Origin: Nitrospirota bacterium
Lineage (GTDB): Bacteria; Nitrospirota; UBA9217
NCBI GenBank assembly: GCA_963737155.1
Contig: CAVTRN010000001.1
Location: forward strand, 64,001-128,000
Length of the DNA stretch: 64,000 bases
Direction of reading: 5' to 3'
Shown here: positions 9,072 to 17,905 of the stretch, piece after piece
Layout of the letters: every line of letters begins with the position of its first letter
How positions within the stretch are numbered: the first letter of the stretch is position 1
The notes under the pieces: model-generated
The model's database searches: none
What the model was told of the DNA's origin: nothing
Seen by the model: the letters and a program-made list of their open reading frames with translations, nothing else
Program-made: the position numbers and the translations under genes

Positions 9072-10598
9072 TCACTCCAGACTGTATAGATATGCTGAAG
9101 CTTTGTCCGCTTTTATTTCATCTAACTTCATACCTATCTTATTCAGCATAAAGATAAAATATTTCTCTTCATCAATAAGGGGGGCAGAAATTACTTTTCC
9201 CTGGTTGCCCTTATGTGAAAATATGAACCATACTCTACTGTTGCCTTTGAGCTGTTGCAAATCAGCTGCATAATCATTAGGATTACTTCCTGAAGCGATT
9301 CCCTCGACTATTTTGACGGTTTGTAAATTGAACTTTGGTAAATAGTATCTGAAAGCAGGAATAGAGCTATACGATACATATATTACATCGCTACTTACTT
9401 TGTGATGTGCAACATACTCCAATACCGACCTTATATCTTCATGGTTGTCTGGATGTTTTAAATTCTCAATTGCTTGGCTCGCCGGACTGTGTAATATTAA
9501 TATGGCTATGGATAAGCTAATACAAAAGGCAACAAACGAATGTTTTTTCGCAATAAAAATTCGTATCTGTTCGATCCCCTCCGCTATATACAAAAAAATA
9601 AATGGCACTGCAAATAATAAGAGCCTGCCATAGAATGGATATTTTTTTAAGCCTGAAGCCAATATTGTAAATAATAACGGCGTAATTATTATTATGGCTG
9701 TTCGCCTTTTTCTGATTGAGTATGTTGCACATCCTACTAAAATCAAAAGAGAACTGACAGACTTAATAGAAGACCTACTAGAAAGTCCGAGAAGATAATG
9801 GTACATTTCGCTGTATGCATGTCGAAACCAAATGGGGTTTTTCCATGGAGGCATAGGCATAAAGTATTCATTCCAATATGATACCAGGTATGAATTCGAT
9901 GCCAATTGACTAAATGATATTGAATAAAGTACTACAAAATTAACTATCCATATAAGCAGCGTCAGTACAAACAATTTACGGGTTCCCTGATCTTTCATTG
10001 TGAAAATATCAAAAATGAAACACAAGCTTATACCAGAGATAATAAAGAAAGCTGGATGAGACAGCCACATAGAAATACAGCCAACCAATATCAAAGTAAT
10101 TATATTTTTAGGCCTTGAGTCTGGGCCAATGCATTTATCGGCGCATAGCAATAACAATAGAGTCACCATTACATCACTAGAATACTGTTTACACTCAGAT
10201 GCATAATATATCATTGAGCTATTTATAGAGAATAGAGTAATGGCCACTATTTTACCTATTCCTTTTGTATAGGCATTAGCAACATAATAAATTAATATTA
10301 AAGAAAGCAACCCAGCTATAAAAGGGAAAGCTCGCAACACATAATCCGTATTACCAAAAGCAGAAATAAAAAGCTTTTGTATAAATAGAAACCCTATTGG
10401 TGCGCCTTGGTCATAGGAGAGTGGTTGAGTGAGTTCAAAAAATGAACTATTGACTATATTAAGGGCTAGAGTCGCTTCGTCAAACCACAATGACCGATTA
10501 AATACATATTGATAAGATCGTAAAATCAAGCCACAAACCAATATTAAATATATTGCAATATTGTATAAATTGTCATGTCGGCTTTTATCGTTATTCAT
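9072..10598 (-). CDS. GT-C (GT39/PMT-like) polytopic membrane glycosyltransferase
   Basis: RSLWFDE..QGAPIGFL..YASECKQYS motifs, many TM segments; visibly AT-rich DNA. Confidence 0.75.
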   Translation of the reverse strand: MNNDKSRHDNLYNIAIYLILVCGLILRSYQYVFNRSLWFDEATLALNIVNSSFFELTQPLSYDQGAPIGFLFIQKLFISAFGNTDYVLRAFPFIAGLLSLILIYYVANAYTKGIGKIVAITLFSINSSMIYYASECKQYSSDVMVTLLLLLCADKCIGPDSRPKNIITLILVGCISMWLSHPAFFIISGISLCFIFDIFTMKDQGTRKLFVLTLLIWIVNFVVLYSISFSQLASNSYLVSYWNEYFMPMPPWKNPIWFRHAYSEMYHYLLGLSSRSSIKSVSSLLILVGCATYSIRKRRTAIIIITPLLFTILASGLKKYPFYGRLLLFAVPFIFLYIAEGIEQIRIFIAKKHSFVAFCISLSIAILILHSPASQAIENLKHPDNHEDIRSVLEYVAHHKVSSDVIYVSYSSIPAFRYYLPKFNLQTVKIVEGIASGSNPNDYAADLQQLKGNSRVWFIFSHKGNQGKVISAPLIDEEKYFIFMLNKIGMKLDEIKADKASAYLYSLE

Positions 10599-10841
10599 AA
10601 TATATACGCCATTTTTCTTTTGAAGATGTCTCGTTGCCAAAATGGTTAGGCAGCCTTAAGCAAATAAAACGGCCTCCTTCACCGAATCCGGGGTGCTGTT
10701 GGAACGACAAGTATAAAAGAAGAGCATAGCTAACCAAGTCAGTGTAAGATGTTTCCGCGACGAAATATCAGAACACAGACAGGAAATGCCTATTCCGCTA
10801 TAAACACAACATTGGCAGTATGCTGACAATAATTCAATCAC

Positions 10842-11195
10842 CTATTTTTTTATTTGTGGCCCAAAGGTGATATCAGCAACCCAGACCTGATTGACACCGG
10901 TCACGTTCAGGCCTTTGATCGGGTTCGGGTATACGGGATAAAGGTGGTTGCTGTCCGTGGTCTTAACGAACCGTCGGGTCTTCTTCGCAAAAAGACCCTT
11001 TTCTCGCATGATCCGCTGGACTTTCTTGCAGTTTACCACCATGCCATCACGGCGGAGCTGAGCCGATATTTTTCGGTAGCCGTACGTAGCAAAGTCTTCA
11101 GCAATCTCTTCGATCCGGGCGATAATGGCTTGGTCCTCAGGAGAAATCTCCCGGGGCTTCAGCTTGTAGTAATAACTGGTTCGAGGGAGGTTCAT
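10842..11195 (-). pseudogene. IS3 OrfB, C-terminally truncated
   Basis: HTH_21 region plus only the start of the rve domain. Confidence 0.85.
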
Positions 11196-11622
11196 GAGTT
11201 CGCACCCCCTCGTGATGGTTTTGATAAGGTCTCGGTAATGAACTGCCTTTTTCCCGGGACTGTTCGAAGCTCTGATGCAGAGCTTTTTTTAAAAACGCAT
11301 TCTCCAGATGGGCGTTTCCGAGTGCCTGCTCTAATTGGCAAATCCGTTCTTCTCGGGCAGCTTCCCGGGCTGAACCGGCCTCAAAGCTGTTTTTAAGACA
11401 TTGCCTTCTCCAATGATACAAAAGTCCGGAAGAAATACTATGTTTCCGGCAGAGCTGAGCCGCGGTACCGTCACCGCTGAGATATTCTTCAACAACTTGA
11501 CGTTTGAATTCGATGCTGAAACTTCTCTGTTTTCTCATGACAAGATCCTTTCTGCCCGTCCCGGGCCGGGGATCCTGCCTGATAGTCTAACATATTTTGT
11601 CTAAACGGAGGGGGGCAGTTCA
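10860..11622 (-). mobile_element. Truncated IS3-family element (IRL, orfA, partial orfB)
   Basis: IRL TGAACTGCCCCCCTCCGTTTAGACA at 11622. orfA HTH (FSIEFKRQVV..LENAFLKKA). orfB (SYYYK..YGYRKI..NQVWVADIT) stops after the first catalytic Asp. Confidence 0.85.
11137..11538 (-). pseudogene. IS3 OrfA
   Basis: HTH_Tnp_1-like sequence; A7G run at FLKKA. Confidence 0.8.
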
Positions 11623-11623
11623 C

Positions 11624-11652
11624 TTGACAAACCGACGGCATATGGTTATACT
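11624..11652 (+). promoter_or_regulatory. Sigma70 promoter of vapBC
   Basis: TTGACA-17 bp-TATACT, starting 2 bp outside the IS3 IRL. Confidence 0.75.
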
Positions 11653-11690
11653 TTATATAATTTGTAAGTCTAACTAATAGGAGTAAGCCT

Positions 11691-11978
11691 ATGTCCATAG
11701 CTGTTGTTTCTTCTAAAGGGCAACTTGTGATACCAAAAGAATTGCGGGACGCATTGTCCATTCAAGCCGGACAAAAGGTACTTGTAAAATTGGTCAAAGA
11801 CCACGTTGAGGTTGTTCCGCTGCCCAAGGACCCCGCCAAGGCCTACTGCGGGGCATTTGAGAAAGGCTCCTCACTGACTGCGGCGCTCTTGCGAGATCGA
11901 AAGGAGGACTTGGAGCATGAAGAAAATAAGACTGCTCGATTCATTCGCCATACTCGCCTATCTCAAAAAGGAAAATAA
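11691..11978 (+). CDS. vapB: AbrB/MazE-type antitoxin (VapB)
   Basis: VSSKGQLVIPKELRDALSIQAGQKV AbrB motif; overlaps PIN gene. Confidence 0.88.
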   Translation: MSIAVVSSKGQLVIPKELRDALSIQAGQKVLVKLVKDHVEVVPLPKDPAKAYCGAFEKGSSLTAALLRDRKEDLEHEENKTARFIRHTRLSQKGK

Positions 11979-12312
11979 TTATCTTCGCGTCAAAGAACTT
12001 CTATCCACCCCAGACATCCCTGTACTCATGAACGATATTAATGTAGGAGAAACATACTACATTCTGGCCAAAAATAGAGGGAAGGAACAAGCTGATATTT
12101 TTCTTACTGTAATGCTTCCTAGCCTTCCAATTATCGTTCGTTCCAATTTGTTTGAGCATGTTATTGAGGCATCGAGGATTAAGGCAAATCATACGCTTTC
12201 TTTTGCCAACTGTTTCGCTGTAGCAACTGCCTTGCGAGAAAGCGCAATTATTGTCACCGGTGACCCCGAATTCAAGGCCGTGCTGAAGCTCGTCGAAATA
12301 GAGTGGTTATAG
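11917..12312 (+). CDS. vapC: PIN-domain toxin (VapC)
   Basis: LLDSFAIL..NVGETYY..LSFANC..IVTGDPEF; Asn replaces the usual Asp in LSFAD. Confidence 0.88.
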   Translation: MKKIRLLDSFAILAYLKKENNYLRVKELLSTPDIPVLMNDINVGETYYILAKNRGKEQADIFLTVMLPSLPIIVRSNLFEHVIEASRIKANHTLSFANCFAVATALRESAIIVTGDPEFKAVLKLVEIEWL

Positions 12313-12984
12313 TTCTCCCTCCATAAATAAACTGTTTCATGCCTACTTTACAAGTTAGTAAATAAACAGCATACGCCATAAGACACTATTTGCTTTGTCA
12401 AACATATAATTCCGATTTTTTATTCAGAGATGGTCCAGAATCTCATGGACCCGGGTTATACTGAATCTGCGAGAGTTCACCGCCCTCTCTCGCGAGAATC
12501 CCTTTCGGCATCTCAAGCCCTGAAATCTGACAATTCACCGGTAAATTAAACATAGACAAAAAGCTGTGTTCTGGTATAATCCAACCTGCCAATGGCGAAT
12601 CGAAACCGGCATCTAGACAAAGAGCCTCGATCACGTCGGGATGGTGGGACGGGTTAATTTGACCACGCGGATTTAGCACCTCTTCTCTGACCTCGTTTTC
12701 CTCATCTTTTGCTTTAAAATACAGGCGATACAGTCAAAAGTTTTATGAAAACTCAAGAGGCATGTATGAAACCACAGAGGGAGCGGAGGGAAACCACCTA
12801 AATGGCGTGCCACTGTGCTCGCGTGGTTGATAGGTCAAGAAAGGTCCAGAAGCGCTGGTAATAAGGGGGCATAGAGAGGGAGAAATGACAATAACGGATT
12901 TTCTCTCTGAATTCAATATGTACTCTGTTTTTTATGCTTAATAGAGAGTTTGACAATACGCCATATTTATCGAGGAGAAATATT

Positions 12985-15708
12985 GTGAAAAAATTGCTGA
13001 GAATATCTTTGGTTGGTCTAATGTTGGCGGCTACGCTGGCCGCCTGTGCCGGAGGAGGTGGGGGTACAGACCCAAATACCACATATACCGTAACCTATAA
13101 TGGCAACGGCAGTATCAGCGGCATTGTCCCTGTTGACTCAACTAACTACGCACACGGACAAACTGCCACGGTGCCGGGGAATACAGGCAACCTTGTAAAT
13201 ACAGGATATTCCTTTGTGGGCTGGAACACGCTGGCTAACGGGACCGGCACGACTTATACGCCGGGGCAGACATTCACGATGGGTACGGCAAATGTTATTC
13301 TGTATGCGATGTGGACCACAAAACCCACGTACACTGTAACGTATAACGGCAACGGCAATACCGGCGGCACAGCCCCTGTTGTTTCAACCAACTACGAGCA
13401 GGGCCAGACCGTTTCGGTAGTCGCCAATCCTGGCAATCTCGTGGATACTGACTACACCTTCGCGGGCTGGAATACGTTGGCTAATGGATCCGGAACGACC
13501 TATACGCAGGGGCAGACATTCCTGATGGGGACGGCGAATGTTACCCTGTACGCGAAGTGGACCGCAAATCCCACCTATACCGTAACGTATAACGGCAATG
13601 TCAACACCGGCGGCAGTGTCCCGATTGATTCAACCAACTACGAGCAGGGACAAACCGTCACGGTGCTCGGCAATACCGGCAATCTCGTGAATGCCAACTA
13701 TACCTTCAAGGGTTGGAACACGCTGTCTAGCGGAACCGGAACGACTTATACGCAGGGGCAGACATTCACGATGGGGACGGCAAATGTTATCCTGTACGCA
13801 ACGTGGACTGCAAATCCCACCTATACCGTAACGTATAACGGCAATGTCAACACCGGCGGCAGTGTCCCTGTTGATTCAACCAACTACGAGCAGGGGCAAA
13901 CCGTCACAGTGCTCGGCAATACCGGCAATCTCGTGAATACCAACTATACCTTCGAGGGCTGGAACACGCTGTCTAACGGAACCGGAACGACTTATACGCA
14001 GGGGCAGACATTCACGATGGGGACGGCAAATGTTATCCTGTACGCAACGTGGATTGCTGCTCCTTCGACCGGCTTGCAGATTGTATCATTAGGTTCCACA
14101 TCCGTCTCGTCCATGTCTACGCTGACCATTACCGGCAGTGGTTTAGACGCGGCGAACAGCGAGGTGTCTGTCAGGTTTACGCCGGAGGATGGTTCCGCCG
14201 CAATGACGATTCCAGCCATCTCCGTTTCAGCGACCACGATCGCCGTACCGACGCCCGTGTTTTTCGACCCGACCACCTGCCTGTCGATTCCCGAAACGGT
14301 GGATGTGGACGTGATCGAGTACACGAACGGAACGATCAACGTGTCCAATACCCTGACCGGCCTGCAGGTGTCCGCTTTGCCGGCCATGCCGGCCGGAACC
14401 ACTCCGGGAGCCCTGACCACCCTGTTCCTCGAGACGGCTGCCAACGTGTCCACCGCAACACAGAGCAGTATCGCCTCCCAGGCAAGCCTGTCAATACTCG
14501 CGAGGGCCCTGAACACGCAGAACACCGACCTGAATCTGGTTATTTCGGCACTGAACGGCGTGATTCAGAGTTCCGGCTCCAGCACCACCATCACCTTGAG
14601 CGCCGGAACAGAGATCACCCTGAGTCCCGGCGTATTGGCTGCTTCGGACGAGATCATACAAGCCTACCTTGCGAACGCCGCGGCCGCGATCAACTCCGTC
14701 CCAACCTCGACGGAAGAGACGAAAGCGACCGTCAATAAGTATCTGGTGTCTGAGAAAACGATATCAGTCCCGCCGCCTTCGACTGCCGAAGTGGGCAGCA
14801 ATAACAGCGCCTATCTTACCCAGGTCTCCAATTTCTACAACAATCTTTCCGGGGCCAATCCGGCAATCAGCGCCCTGGAGGAAAAGTTATTGATCAACAT
14901 TACCGCGGAAGCGGCCGGCGGCGAGTTCATCGGCGAACTGGGGAACGCCTACAACGCTGCGGGCGCAATGTCGCTCACGTGGGACGCCTTCGTGGCCATG
15001 GCTTCCTCGCGGATCGTCAACGGTGAGGCTCCGGAGGGGAGCGAATTGTTTACCGGCGCCGGCGGCTCGCTCTACGAACAGTTGATCCAGAACCTGGCCC
15101 AAACCGATACTCACGGGGCGGTCGGCATCGGTGTCGATGCCATCGAAATCATGCACCTCGCGGCAACCACCCTTCCGACGACAAATCCCTCCATTGGCCA
15201 GCTCATCCAGAACGGCGGGCTCTATTCCGCGCCACAAGGCGATACGCTGATCGTGATCGTAAGCGGCAATCAGACACTGCAGATTCCACAGACGCCCGGG
15301 TCTTTCAGCAGTACGGACCTCGTCATCCCCTCCTGTATCGGCGACACATCACTCAGCTCCGGCTCCACCTGCAGCAGCGGATCATCCAGCAGCAGCTCGT
15401 CAAGCAGCAGTTCATCGAGCAGCAGTTCGTCCAGCAGCAGTTCGTCGAGCAGCAGCTCGTCAAGCAGCAGTTCGTCAAGCAGCAGTGGCTCCGGCACTTC
15501 GTATTATACTTATTGTGTCGAAACCCTGACCTGGACTTATCCTCCGGGTGTTTGGAATAGTGGTACTTTCGCAGGAAGTAATTCACCCGGTAATGATCCA
15601 AATGGCTGTGGCGGAAGTGGTCTTGGCTCCTGCTCCTATACGACAACGTGGTATTGTGACAGCGGTACTTATCCGGACCCTTGCGCGACTGCTTGTATTA
15701 TTCAATAA
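12985..15708 (+). CDS. Surface lipoprotein: four InlB B-repeats, Ig/IPT-like region, poly-Ser linker, Cys-rich C-terminus
   Basis: GTG start after GAGGAG, lipobox LAAC, 4x YTVTYNGNG..F.GWNT...GTGT.Y..G..F.M...NV.LYA.W; ends CATACIIQ. Confidence 0.88.
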   Translation: MKKLLRISLVGLMLAATLAACAGGGGGTDPNTTYTVTYNGNGSISGIVPVDSTNYAHGQTATVPGNTGNLVNTGYSFVGWNTLANGTGTTYTPGQTFTMGTANVILYAMWTTKPTYTVTYNGNGNTGGTAPVVSTNYEQGQTVSVVANPGNLVDTDYTFAGWNTLANGSGTTYTQGQTFLMGTANVTLYAKWTANPTYTVTYNGNVNTGGSVPIDSTNYEQGQTVTVLGNTGNLVNANYTFKGWNTLSSGTGTTYTQGQTFTMGTANVILYATWTANPTYTVTYNGNVNTGGSVPVDSTNYEQGQTVTVLGNTGNLVNTNYTFEGWNTLSNGTGTTYTQGQTFTMGTANVILYATWIAAPSTGLQIVSLGSTSVSSMSTLTITGSGLDAANSEVSVRFTPEDGSAAMTIPAISVSATTIAVPTPVFFDPTTCLSIPETVDVDVIEYTNGTINVSNTLTGLQVSALPAMPAGTTPGALTTLFLETAANVSTATQSSIASQASLSILARALNTQNTDLNLVISALNGVIQSSGSSTTITLSAGTEITLSPGVLAASDEIIQAYLANAAAAINSVPTSTEETKATVNKYLVSEKTISVPPPSTAEVGSNNSAYLTQVSNFYNNLSGANPAISALEEKLLINITAEAAGGEFIGELGNAYNAAGAMSLTWDAFVAMASSRIVNGEAPEGSELFTGAGGSLYEQLIQNLAQTDTHGAVGIGVDAIEIMHLAATTLPTTNPSIGQLIQNGGLYSAPQGDTLIVIVSGNQTLQIPQTPGSFSSTDLVIPSCIGDTSLSSGSTCSSGSSSSSSSSSSSSSSSSSSSSSSSSSSSSSSSSSSSGSGTSYYTYCVETLTWTYPPGVWNSGTFAGSNSPGNDPNGCGGSGLGSCSYTTTWYCDSGTYPDPCATACIIQ
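15388..15486 (+). repeat. 15-bp tandem repeat encoding poly-Ser linker
   Basis: AGCAGCAGYTCRTCV x6 plus a partial unit. Confidence 0.9.
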
Positions 15709-15756
15709 CTCCTGTCAGACGCCCGCAGGCAGACTGAGAATCCTGTTTATCTTACA

Positions 15757-17727
15757 GTGTCAGGAATCAGTGATGAAACTGTTGGACAAGGGCTGATGGC
15801 AGACGACATTGCCGGATGTCCGGCCACTTCGAGAAGATGGTCCGGGCGAAGCACCGGCAATTTCAGCAAGGAGTTGAAGGAACGCGCGTTGCCTGTCCAC
15901 ACATACTTTCTGCAGGCAATTTTCTTTAAGAGCAGATCCTTGCGAATAACGTTTACCGCTATTTCTTTTTTGCTTTCTCTCATAGTCAGCCCCGCTTTCG
16001 GGGCTGACTATGGTTTTTCGCTGGACCTCTCCAGCATCGACAATCACGTCACGGTCACGGCAAGAAATAATTCAACCTCCGAAGCCGTCATAAAGAGCAT
16101 CGAAGTCGAACTTGCGGGCAATACGTACCTTTTGGTCGGCACCGATACGCCCTTGCCCCCCCGTTCCGGCCTCACGCGCGACGCTTTCGTAAAACTGCCC
16201 GCCCTGCCAGGCACCTATCCGCTCATCGTCACGCTCTCCTATTACAATGACAAGCAAGTAGCCACGCTCCGGCACGTCGGCCTGTTCTATTACCGCCAGC
16301 AGGCCCCGCTGCCGGAAACCTGCAAGCTTGACGACGTGACCATTGCCCGCACCGGCACGATCATTATACAGTGCCCCAGGCCCGAATTATGGCGCCTGGT
16401 GTTGCCTTCCGAGATAAAAATCTTGTCGGAAAAGACCGAACCGGGCCGGAAAATCATCAGGGTAACCAGCACCCTTAACGGGCTGAACAATGTTTATCCG
16501 TACTTTGCGGTTGCCGAGGACGTAAAGGGCGGCGTCCACCGGACGGCCCTCGAGAGAGCAACAATCAGGGTGCTAGCGACTTCCATGACCCCAAGGGTCA
16601 TGGGGAGAATGCCGAACGCGGCGCTTCTTGCCCTGCTCGGCGTCTTCATCGCCGCCTGCTGCCTGGCAGGAGGAAGGGAGGGGAGGACTGCCCTGTCACT
16701 GCACAAATATGCGAGCAGGATGGTCCTGGTCACGGCGTCCTACCTGCTGCTGAAAAATGCCGGCGGGCTCGCTGCCTGCACCCTGGACTGGCTCCACTCC
16801 CCCTTTTACGGGAGAATCGCAACCGGCATCATCGGCCATTTTAGCGGGTCAAACTACCAGTATTTTTTCAGATATTTCATCGATTCCTATTACCTGGCCT
16901 GCCTTTTCGTCCTCTATCCCTATCTCTATTACCGGGAACAGGAGTGCCCGCTTGTAGACGACAAATACTCGAGCCTGATGATGAGTGTATTCTCCCTGAA
17001 GGACGTGATGAAAGGCGGGCGGCTGTACTGGAATTACGTGAGCAGGCTTGGCTTCCTGACCTTTTGCGTCAAGATATTTTTCATTCCGTACCTCGTCTCG
17101 TGGGTCATCAACAATACCTTTTATCAGTACGGCATTTCAAAATCCTTCGTCTTCGACCTTGCCGCGATAAATGCCTGGCTGGTTGCGCTGTTCATCTATA
17201 TCGACACGACCATATACTGCTTCGGATATCTATTCGAGTTTGATTTTCTCAAGAACAAAATCAAGTCCGTGGAGCCCACACTGTTCGGGTGGCTGGTCTG
17301 TTTATGGTGCTATCCACCTTTCAACACGTTTTCCTTCAGAATGTTCGATCATAAACTGATCGATATCGGCCATACCTATCCCCGATGGGTTCTGGCGATC
17401 ATGACTTGCCTGATAACGGTTCTCTGGGGTATTTTTGCCTGGGCTTCCGTTGCCCTGGGCTGGAAAGCTTCCAACCTGACAAGCAGGGGCATTGTTAAAA
17501 CAGGGCCATACCGCTACGTAAGGCACCCGGCGTATTCCGCCAAACTGCTTCTTTTCTGTGTCCAGGGAATTTTTTTAGGATATTACTTCATAGGCCTTCT
17601 GATCGGATTCATCATCATTTACGTACTTCGTGCCTGGACGGAAGAGCGGCACCTGTCAAAAAGCGATCCGGATTACCCTGCATACAAGGGGCTGGTCAGA
17701 TGGCGGTTCATTCCCGGCCTGATCTGA
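15757..17727 (+). CDS. Membrane protein: exported N-terminal domain fused to ICMT/PEMT-family methyltransferase domain (true start uncertain, likely downstream)
   Basis: Signal-like LLSLIVSPAFGA; VEPTLFGWLVCLWCYPPF; C-terminal SNLTSRGIVKTGPYRYVRHPAY..TEERHL..YPAYKGLVRWRFIPG. Confidence 0.8.
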   Translation: MSGISDETVGQGLMADDIAGCPATSRRWSGRSTGNFSKELKERALPVHTYFLQAIFFKSRSLRITFTAISFLLSLIVSPAFGADYGFSLDLSSIDNHVTVTARNNSTSEAVIKSIEVELAGNTYLLVGTDTPLPPRSGLTRDAFVKLPALPGTYPLIVTLSYYNDKQVATLRHVGLFYYRQQAPLPETCKLDDVTIARTGTIIIQCPRPELWRLVLPSEIKILSEKTEPGRKIIRVTSTLNGLNNVYPYFAVAEDVKGGVHRTALERATIRVLATSMTPRVMGRMPNAALLALLGVFIAACCLAGGREGRTALSLHKYASRMVLVTASYLLLKNAGGLAACTLDWLHSPFYGRIATGIIGHFSGSNYQYFFRYFIDSYYLACLFVLYPYLYYREQECPLVDDKYSSLMMSVFSLKDVMKGGRLYWNYVSRLGFLTFCVKIFFIPYLVSWVINNTFYQYGISKSFVFDLAAINAWLVALFIYIDTTIYCFGYLFEFDFLKNKIKSVEPTLFGWLVCLWCYPPFNTFSFRMFDHKLIDIGHTYPRWVLAIMTCLITVLWGIFAWASVALGWKASNLTSRGIVKTGPYRYVRHPAYSAKLLLFCVQGIFLGYYFIGLLIGFIIIYVLRAWTEERHLSKSDPDYPAYKGLVRWRFIPGLI

Positions 17728-17905
17728 AAGAATCTCGATGAACGATGCGGCTTTATAATAATACCTCCGGAAAAACTCCCATCCCCGTTCGTCATAATAA
17801 TCGCCTGTTCATCCGGAATGAGAGCGCCGGCGCCGGACCACCGGGAGCCGCTCCTGTCGGCGCGATCTTTTAAAAGAGTGCCATAGGTCCCTCAGACGAC
17901 CGGCG

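Noticed and set aside
15270-15646. Minus-strand ORFs with LLLDE or CC repeats
   Set aside because: Antisense shadows of the poly-Ser tandem repeat.
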